Shown here: one piece after another, positions 20,453 through 30,400 of the stretch | Position numbering within the stretch: position 1 is the stretch's first letter | How the letters are laid out: every line of letters starts with the position of its first letter | Source of the DNA: a virus | Taxonomy: Duplodnaviria > Heunggongvirae > Uroviricota > Caudoviricetes | Strand: one strand, 5' to 3' | Virus record (IMG/VR): IMGVR_UViG_2574179769_000003 | Coordinates: 77,748 to 129,706 of that record | DNA length: 51,959 nt | Translations under genes and position numbers: made by a program | Notes under the pieces: model-generated | Databases searched by the model: none | The model's input: the letters and a program-made list of their open reading frames with translations, nothing else | Told to the model about the DNA's origin: nothing

Positions 20453-21418
20453 ATGGCCATAGGTAAAAAAAGGTCAAGGCGGGTAAAACTGCATGATAAG
20501 GAAAAATTAAAAATGATCAATCCTGAAACACTTAAGTGCTGGAAAAAATACCAGCAGTACATGAATGTAAAGGAATTGTCAGAAAAAACGATTTATAATT
20601 ACAACAGCGATTTAACACAATGGTTTATCTTTATTTTAGACAAACAGTTTAATCAGTCTGTTTTGGATTTAGGTGAAGATGATATTTTAGAGTTTGTAAC
20701 ATTTGCTAAAAGTCAGGGAAACAATACAGAAAGAATTAAACGAAGATTGTCAAGTATTTCGTCATTTTATAAGTTTTTAAAACGTAAGAAAATATTAAAT
20801 TCAGACAGTCCTACTGAATATATTGAAAGACCAAAAAGAGGTTTGCCTGTTGTAACACAAACATATTTGTCAAAAGAACAAATTGAATTGATGAGAAAAA
20901 AACTTGATGAACTTGGAGATTTACAACTAAAAACTTATGCTGAGTTATCACTAAGTACTATGGCTAGAGTTAATGCCATTGCTCATCTTAGATGGGAACA
21001 GATTGATTTAGAAAATCGTGTTTGTAACGATGTGTTAGAAAAAGAACAAAAGTATGTGACTTTATTTTTTTCTGAAAAAGTAAAAAAATTATTAGTACAG
21101 TTAAAAGAATATAGAACACATTATGATATTGATGATTTTGGATGGTTGTGGCGAACTCCATACACCAATCAATACGACTGCGTTTCCAATGGGACGTTAG
21201 CAGGTTGGTGTTCAAAAATTGGACAAATGATTGGTATTTCAACTCTTCACCCACACGACTTTCGCCATTCAGGTAGCAATCAACTTTCTATATCTGGAAT
21301 GCCTTTAGAAGATATTTCCACACTTCTCAATCACATTTCGACTGAAGTTACTAAAAAACATTATTTATTGCCCAACAATAAGAAAATATCAGCTTTAAAA
21401 GATAAATTTGAGGTATAA
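20453..21418 (+). CDS. XerC/D-like tyrosine recombinase (YomM-like position)
   Basis: N-terminal SAM-like core-binding domain; catalytic residues TMARV (R), EKEQK (K), HPHDFRH (HxxR) and LLNH...TKKHY (H, Y). Confidence 0.9.
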   Translation: MAIGKKRSRRVKLHDKEKLKMINPETLKCWKKYQQYMNVKELSEKTIYNYNSDLTQWFIFILDKQFNQSVLDLGEDDILEFVTFAKSQGNNTERIKRRLSSISSFYKFLKRKKILNSDSPTEYIERPKRGLPVVTQTYLSKEQIELMRKKLDELGDLQLKTYAELSLSTMARVNAIAHLRWEQIDLENRVCNDVLEKEQKYVTLFFSEKVKKLLVQLKEYRTHYDIDDFGWLWRTPYTNQYDCVSNGTLAGWCSKIGQMIGISTLHPHDFRHSGSNQLSISGMPLEDISTLLNHISTEVTKKHYLLPNNKKISALKDKFEV

Positions 21419-21421
21419 CAA

Positions 21422-24400
21422 ATGACAAACTTTAAAGTACAGTTAGGCGTTAAATTAGATAAAAATGCTGGTAAAGCACTGAATAACCAGTTAAACAATC
21501 AAAAGATTATTGCAAATATTAGTAAGTTTAATATAACTAAATCTGCAATTAGTGACATTAAAAAACAATTAAACTCATCAAAATTCAGTATCAATATAGA
21601 TGCTAGTGGTGTTAATAAGCAGATCAACAGTGTTGTATCTAATATTAATAAAATGAATAAACTTGCAATAGGCTTAAATAACCTTGGTAAGTTAAACATT
21701 GATGACAGTGGACTTCAACAAAGACTTGCTTCAATAACTAAACAATTTGAAGCTATTAAAAGAATGTCTGATTTAGGAGCACAATCAATTGCGTTAAGTA
21801 AGCTTGATGGTAATTTTAAAATATTATCAAGTGACATCAGTACATATAATAAGGAACTCGCAAATGGTAAAAGCATAAATTTCTTAGCAGACCAGGCCAA
21901 AGCAGTTAATAACGTTAAAAAATATATAAACGAAAATACTAAAGCTGCAAAAGAATATGGTACTGCATTAGAAGAATCTCGAAACAAAATGCAAAATGCA
22001 ACAAATGTCAAAGAATTGACAACTGCAAGAAAACAATTCGCAGCTTTGACAGCAGAAATCCAAGCCTCTGGAAACAGTGGTAGAAGTTTTAGTGATGAAC
22101 TTAAAAACTCTATGAGTAAGTTTGGTCAGTGGATTAGCGCTGGAACTATTGTAATGCAAGTTGTTAGAAGTGCTAAAGACTTATTTAAAAATGTAGTTGC
22201 AATAGATTCAGCAATGACAAATCTATATAAGGTGACTGATGAAACTGATAGAAAATACAATCAGTTTTTAACTAACGCTAGTTCAAAAGCGGTTGAATTA
22301 GGTAGAAGTCTAAGTTCTCTTATTGAGATGACTGCCACATGGGCAAAATTAGGATTTAGTTTAGATGACAGTGCAAAACTTTCTGAAGTTTCGGCTATAT
22401 ATGCAAATGTTGGAGAAGTAGATGATGAGACAGCAGTTAAAGATATCGTAACTGCATTAAAAAGTTTTAATATCGAAGCAAAAAATGCAATTACTGTTGT
22501 TGATAAACTTAACAAACTTGGAAACGAATTTGCAACAGATTCAGCTTCTTTAGGTGATGGATTAAAAAATTCAGCTAGTGCATTAGCTTTTGCTGGAAAT
22601 GATATTAACCAAACATTGGCTATGATTACTGGGGGTTCAGAAATAACTCAAAATGCTTCTGAGCAATCTAATGCAATAAAAGTATTAAGCATGCGTTTGC
22701 GAGGTAAATTTTCATGCCTCCATATAGAGAAATCTATATGCTATGTTTCGTAAAAAACATAGATAACAACTATATCGGTTAAAAAACAATGGGATGCTAA
22801 AGACCGAGGAAAGATTTGTAATATCAATAAAATATAACTATTTAATTTTTCCATAACAAAGTAAAAAAGAAGGAATATGAAATATACATTTGAAAAAATA
22901 CAAGAAGCTTTAAAACTTCATAATTATAAATTGGTTAATAAAAACATGAATATTTCATCTATAATCACTAAATCAAAATTATTGTGCACTGACAATGATG
23001 GGTATTATGTTTATGTTATCTTAGATAAATTGATACATAGAAAATCAAAATTTAGAAGATTTTCAAATTCAAACAAATATACTATCGACAATATCAACTT
23101 TTATTTAAAGTCAAAAATAGGTAACAATTTTACTTGTTTATCTGAAAAATATATTAACAATCAAACAGAGTTGCTATTTAGATGCAATAGATGTGGAGAA
23201 GTTGTAAAAAAGAAATGGATTAATGTTTATAGAAAAGGAATAAATAGAACCCCTATATTATGTCCTAATTGTGATGGTAGAATAGAATCGCTACATGCAT
23301 CAATATTAAAACAAGTTTTTATGTACAACTACCCTGATACTATTTGTGAAGATAATTCTTGTCGAAATCCAATTACAAATAAAATAATGCCAACTGATAT
23401 TGTTAATCATAGACTAAAAATTGCAATAGAAGTACAGAGTGAATATCACGATAATGAATATAGTAAAAAAAAAGATTTAATAAAAAAAGAATTTTGGATT
23501 GCTAGGAATTTTAAATTTTATGCATTAGATATAAGAGATTACACAGTATTAGAAATGTGTAGAATATTTTTTAATATTAGTGAATTGCCAAGTTATATAA
23601 ATTATGATTATAGTAATAAATTAAATATTAAAAACATTCAAAATATGCTAAATAAAGGTAAAAACATTCCAGAGATAGCAAATATTTTAAATATAGATAA
23701 ACACAGAATTTATGATGCTATATATTCAAAAAAATTAATATATCCTAATAATTATCAACGTCCTGATTGTTCCCCAGTTGTGCAGACAGATTTAAGTGGA
23801 AACATTATTAACAAGTATAAAAGTATTTCAGAAGCACAATTAAAGTCGGGAGTTAAAGCATCTAATATCGCTTCTTGTTTACGTAAGAAAAGAAATTATT
23901 CTTCTGGATATTACTGGTATTATTTACATGATTATGATAAATATAAGTTTAGAACCAATAGATTTGAAAAATTTAGGCAACCAATAGATATGTTTGATAA
24001 AAATAATAAATATATAAAATCATTTAATGCAATTATAGAAGCATCAAAAGAATTGAATACAAACAATTACAGTATTTGGAGAGTTGCTGAGGGAATTAGA
24101 AAAAGTTTATTAGGTTACAAGTTTAAATATAAGAAATAACGATATTACAAAAATCCGTAGAGACTGCAGGATGTTTGTGGCAACATAAACATTGAAGTTG
24201 TTCCACTCTCTAATAGATATTAGAAATGGTAATATACAGTCCGATCTCACGCTATAATCCCAAATAAAAAAAATGAAACGTGAGAGTTAGCCAGAAATGA
24301 CTAACCGCTATAAAGTTTATAGTCAGTAGCCAGTCATGGTGAAAGTAACAGAAATGATGAAGGGTGATCTAGAAAAACTAGGCGAAGAATATGAAAATGT

Positions 24401-27400
24401 TGAATCGATAAGTAAAATTCAAACCCAAATACTTAATCTAACTAAGGGAAATGTTAATATTTTTGATGATAGCAGAAATTTTAAAAGTACCTATGAGATT
24501 ATTGAAAAAATAGCAAAAGTTTGGGATCATATATCACAAACTGATCAAGCTGATCTTCTTGAAATTATAGCAGGCAAATGTTTGCCTGATTGTGTAGTAA
24601 TACATAATATGAATACACTTAATTGCAGGTAATCCCTTAGAGCCTTACACTACAATAGTTAGGAAACTAAACTATGATAGTTTTACAACGTAAGGATTGG
24701 GCGTTCGTGCAGCGAAGTACCCTAACGTATTCCATAGAACATATGGTGCTTTAGACGAGGGTAAACGTTCAACGACTAGATTCATGTCGAGACTTAGACT
24801 TGAGAATAAAGGTGGAAATCCTGAATATCTAAGTCAACAATCGTAGGGCGCAATTGTAAATGGCGTGGGTGAAACTCCCTTAAATCGAAAAAGGTACCCC
24901 TTTATTTTTAAAAAGGGTGAAGAAATAGTCTACTCTCACACGAAAGTGTGAGTGTTGTTAGTTAATAAAAATCTTAGCGATTAGGATTCCTTATTATAAA
25001 TTTAACGAAATAGAAAAAATATTAAAAAACAAATTAACAACATGAAATATTTTACGAGTATTTCAAAACATAAACGAAACAAAGAGCGAACCAGGTTGCT
25101 GCGTTAATTCAATCAGCACAATCAGGACAAATGCAAAAAGCACTTCAGGCTTCTATCAACTCCGAAGGCTCAGCATTAAAGGAACAGGAACGTTGGTTAG
25201 ATTCAATTGAGGCTAAAGCTCAGCAATTAGAAGCGTCATGGGAATCTTTATCAACTACAATGTTAGATAGCAGTGCTATCAAAGTCAGTATAGATTTATT
25301 AACAGACCTACTTCAGGTAATTAAGAATCTTGCTGAACTTATAGGTAGTGCTGGCACTATAGGAGCAATAAGTGGAGGACTTCTAGGTGCAAAAGGTCTG
25401 GGTTGGGTAAATGTATGTTTATACATATACAGTTGCCGACATAATCTATGCCCAGATAAAGCTTAAACGTGAGTTTAACGAGCTAATAACAATAATCGTA
25501 TTATTAGCAAGAAGCTTTTGGCAAAAGAGGTTAATTTGGGTAATGGTTAAGATTCCATTATCGTATGTAATAAACACATACTAAGTCGGGAAAACACTAT
25601 ATATTGAAAACCTAAATAGATATATAGTATAATCCGCAGCGATATCTCATATATAACAGTGTATATGAGAACGTTCAGAGAGTATAAACCTCAATGGATA
25701 TGAGAACGATATCTCCCCTATTCATTAATGTGTACTCCAGACTGGTCTTAGAATTAGGTTAGATTGTCTAAGATAAAAATCTAAACAAAATTAATTATTT
25801 TTACTATAATATTACATCAATTTAAAATTATGTGAAATTATGTTATTTTCATACAGATGATTTAAATCATTTTAAAATACATATATAATTAATATGTTAT
25901 AGAAGAAAATGTCCATATTAGTGAGCATATAAGAACAATATTGTCGCTTAACAATTGGAAGGGGAGTAAAATGAGAAAGACAAAAATAGCAGTTGAAAAT
26001 TTAGCTGAATTGACTATTCGGCAAATTAATAATTTGGATTTTGAAGATGAAAAGTTGTTTATTGAAAAAAAAAATAAAAAGCCTCTAGCTTTTTCAACAA
26101 AAATAAGTAATAGAAGTTTTGGGAGAGGAAATCCACTTTTAGCAAGACGAAAAATAACATCAATAGAATCAATTGATAAAAGACTGGATGAATTAATTAA
26201 AAAATGTCAATAAAAGAAAAAGAATCATTGTTGTCTATATCTCAAAACTCAAATGAAACCTTAGAAGAAAATGATGAAAATATGATTAAAACTGATTGTA
26301 AGTTACTTTGTAGTAAAATTTCTGAGCTAAATGGTATTTTTGAAGTCTATGTAAATAAAATAAATCCAATGATATTTACGTATGAAATTTTGGCTGATAA
26401 TTATCCTATAGAGATATTGAATGAAATACGTTCTATTTTTACACATTTAAGCAGATGTACATTTGATACTGATGAAAAAAATGTAAATAATAACTTAACT
26501 AAAGCATATAGCCATGCAAAAAGAGCAATTTTAGATTGTTATAAATATAACAGTTTGGCATATGCTGATAAATACTATGAATTCATGGATCAATATAAAA
26601 ATGTTGATTTATCTTTAATTGATAATGGCGAATTTTTAATAAAAATTACTAACAAACTTTGTTTAGCGAACTCTTTGATGATTCAAGCAAAGAGATCAGA
26701 AGCTGAAAACAAATCATTGGATGAACAATATACTAAGTATGAAAATGCATATTTTGAGTATTCAGAAATATATAAAATTCTTGAAAATACACAAATAAAA
26801 GCTGAAAATCTTAAGCAAAAAGCAATTATAAAAAGCAATAAAGAAAACAGAAAAATTCTTATTAATAATATAATAGGGATTATAGGAGTCATAGCTACTA
26901 TTATAAGTATAGCAACCGTTTTTATATAATTGAAATTTAAATCTAGACAGACAAGTTTCTGTCTTTTATTTTTGTTAAAATGTTACGATTGTAAACGGAT
27001 TGTAAGAAGAGTGTATTAGTTACATTTGCTTTTAAATTTAACAGAGCAATAAAAAGCTAGCAGTTAGTATTGCTTCTCTTATCTAGTTGCTTGACACCCA
27101 TGTGTTTATAAGTTATAATATACTTGTTAAATTGGAATAACTATTTTACTCGATCAAAGTTACAGGTGGTTATTTTTTGTTTGATTATCCTTATCAATAA
27201 TGACAAAAAAAACAATTTAACAATCAAACTTATTAAGGTAAAACAACTTTATTTATCTCACGCACTCCAAAACGTATGAGGGAGTTGTTTTACTTTGGGC
27301 AAAAATAAATTAAATATAGTAATCTCAGTACTATTTTTCTTTAATTGCTTGATATTTAAATATCCATAAGTTATAATATATTTGCCTATGATGGCAAGAA

Positions 27401-30400
27401 GAAATTTGATAACTTGTTAATCAAATTTGTTAATGTAGAATAACTACCTCAGCGTTGTCCAAAACAGAAGTGGTAGTTATTTTTTATTTTAGCAAAAAAG
27501 CTAAAAAATCTAGTAACAATAATACTAGATTTTTTTAGTTGCTTCTCCCCTACCATTTATATTTGCATCTTTTACACATATATTGTTTTCCAATAGAGCT
27601 ACTTGCCAACCCTAAAGTTAGTACCCCTGCCATTCTACTTGTTGCAGTAACACGTTTTGTATTAGTTGAACCACAGTTAGGACATTTGACAACAAACTTC
27701 TCTTGTGTTGGGTTAGGTTCAGGTTTTAGCTTTTGATGACCATATTTTTTGCTAGTTTCTCGTTTAAACTCTTGCCATAACTTATCATCTTCTTCTGTAT
27801 AATCAAATGTTCTTGCCCTACGATATAAAGATTTAAACTTTTCATTAAGTTCTTTACTAAAATCAGGGTTGTTTACACAATATTTTTCAAAAGCTTTATT
27901 TCTAGCAATTTCTGCTTTTTCAAGATTTGTGGTAAAAAAATAAAACTCAGTGTTTATGATATCAGTGTCGCAAACCTCACATTTTCCCTCACTATGCCAG
28001 GTCGTAGACCCACATTTGGGACATATTTCTATAAATATTCTTTTTTGCAAACATTCTTGAATATCGATCCCACAATTTGGACAGATTTTTGCTTTATCTG
28101 ATACGTTATGATTACATTCTGGGCACTCTATTAGCATTATTATTTCCTCCAATACATTTATATTGTAACATATTTTGAAAATAATTAAAATTAAAAACAG
28201 TTAGATAGATTCATTGTTTTCAGAAATATTACAATACAAAAGAGATGCTAGTGATAGTGAATTAAAACTAAATAAAGTACAGAAAATATTTAATTATTTT
28301 AATGATAGCGAAAGTAAATCAATTACCGAATTAGCTAAACAATTTGAAAACTTAGACGATAAAATAATAGGATACCTTAGAACTGTTAAAAGTGGTAAAA
28401 CTGATATAGAAGATTTTAAAAATTACCAAATGTCATGGGGACAAGCAATTAAGGAAAATACAATTGGAATAAATGGATTTATTCCTAAATTAGCTTCTTT
28501 TGGAAAAACCATTCTATCTATAGGTGGAAATATGGTTGCAATGATGGCTATAGCTAAAAGTTTTGAGCTTGCTTTTAAAATAGTCGATTCATTAGTTGTT
28601 TACTCAAGCAGAACTAGATAAAGCAGTTTCTGATGCAGTAAATAGCATTTCTGATTCAGAAAGCAAAATTGAAGATTTAAAGAATCAATTAGATGATGTA
28701 TCAGTGAAGATAGATGAGCTTAATTCTAAAGAACATCTTTCATTTACTGAAACAAGCGAATTAGAAAGATTAAAAGAAACTAGAAAAGAATTAGAGACAC
28801 TGTTATCGCTAGAGGATAACCTATTAGATAATAAGCAAAGAGAATTAGCATTAGCTCAAGCAGATGCATATGGTAAATATCACACATATTCTCATGATAG
28901 AAATAATGATAATGGTACAACTGTTTTAGATGACTACAAACAAACACGTGAATCATACAAGTTTAATAATGTAGACTCAGGATATCTTTTTGATGATGAA
29001 AGCACTGATATTTCTACACTCTTAGTAGGTTATGAGCAGTTGGGTGCAGAGTTATCAAAACTAAAAGAAGGTACAGAAGCATGGGCTAACAAATATAGCG
29101 ACATGGTTTCTGTTAGTTCTAGATTAAAAGAATTATTGGCTGAACAATATACAGTTATTGACAGCATAAGACCAATATATAATGAAATTGCAGAAAAGCA
29201 AAAATCAAACCAACCCCTATCTTCTGATGAAAAAGATATTTTATATGTTTATGAAGACGCTCAGGCATATGCTGATTTAATATTACAAATAACTGATCCT
29301 AATACATATAATCAGATTAAATTTGATGAGATATTCGATATTGAAGGAATCGAATTAACTAAAGAAAAGTTAATTGAATTGTTAAAAGCTGGAGAGTTAG
29401 TTGACTTAGGCAACTACCCTATTTTAGCCAAGGCAATAAAAGACATTGATTTCGCTTCAACTGAAGGAAAAACCAATCTTGAGATATTTAATCAGGAGTT
29501 AAAATCATTAATAACTTCAGAAAATGAAATTGATTTTAGTTTTGACATAGCTGATGGTATGTCTGAAACAGTTGAAATACTTGATGATATGGCTGATCGT
29601 TTAACTCAATTAGCTGATCTAAAAGATGCATTAAATGGTGGATGGACTCTTGGCATTGAAGAAGCAAGAGAATTTGCCAATGTATTCCCTGAAATATTTA
29701 ACAATGCGGTTATTACTAGAGATGGTTTAATTAAATTAGATGAAGATATAGCCAATAATTTTATCACTGCAAAAGAAGCTGAGATAAAAGCCGACGGAAC
29801 AGCAAGAGAACAGGTTTTATTAAATGCAAAATCTGAACTAGAAGGTAAGAAAGCTGAAGCTGAAGCAAAACTTGAATTAGCTAATGCAGTTGCTAATGGT
29901 GAATTAAAGATGTCTAGAGAGCAGATTGAATTAATGGCTCAAGGAAGACAACAGTTAATTGACTATTTGATTGAGTGTGGTGCTACTCAAGTTGAAGCAG
30001 AACAGGCAGCTAACGCAGCAATGCAGGGAGACATGATTCTTTACAACAAACTGGTTGGACAAGTTGCTGATGAAACATCAAACAATTTAGCTAACGCCCT
30101 AGCTGATGCTGCTACTAATTCTAAAACCAATATGGATGGTATGATTGTAAATGCCAACGCTGCCAATAAAGCTTTTGCTGCCCTTGCAAAACAAATAAAG
30201 GCTGCTTCAAGCGGGGAAGTTACTGGCGAATATAATGGTAAGGCAAGTGCTGGTGGAAGTAAAACAAAAACCACTAAATCTACTCTTAGTGTTGTGTCAA
30301 CTCCTTTTAATGCTATAAAAGGTATAATATCTTCTTCATTCAACATGCCTGATTATATTGATAAGATTGAATTAGATTTAAGTGAGTACAATCAGGCTAT

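Larger units (their letters stand above)
25404..28204 (+). mobile_element. Group I intron TMP-I3 (2801 nt) with multi-gene cargo in the P9 region
   Basis: P1 UCUGGGU (25397-25403)/GCCCAGA (25450-25456) with U.G pair. P10 AAUCUAU (25443-25449)/AUAGAUU (28205-28211), 7 bp. P3 GAGGUUAA/UAAACCUC. Q AAUCCGCAGC. P7 GAGUA (25680-84)/UACUC (25733-37). P9.0 GACUG (25740-44)/CAGUU (28198-202). Terminal G28204. The splice is in frame. P4 is imperfect. Confidence 0.85.

Noticed and set aside
24336-25466. Stand-alone ORFs 24336-24632 and 25131-25466
   Set aside because: They are TMP exons 2 and 3 plus read-through into intron sequence.
25404-28204. IStron, IS element or group II intron
   Set aside because: No TnpA/TnpB, DDE transposase or reverse transcriptase ORF, no terminal inverted repeats or target duplication, and no GUGYG start or domain V. 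The motifs are group I.
25404-28204. skin-like DNA excision element removed by the neighbouring recombinase
   Set aside because: No direct-repeat core at the two junctions, whereas RNA pairings P1, P10 and P9.0 define both ends precisely. Kept only as an alternative to test.
28214-28621. Independent 135-aa gene and a TMP starting at TTG/GTG near 28596
   Set aside because: No RBS is evident. P10 pairing identifies 28205 as an exon start, and one extra T separates the two frames.
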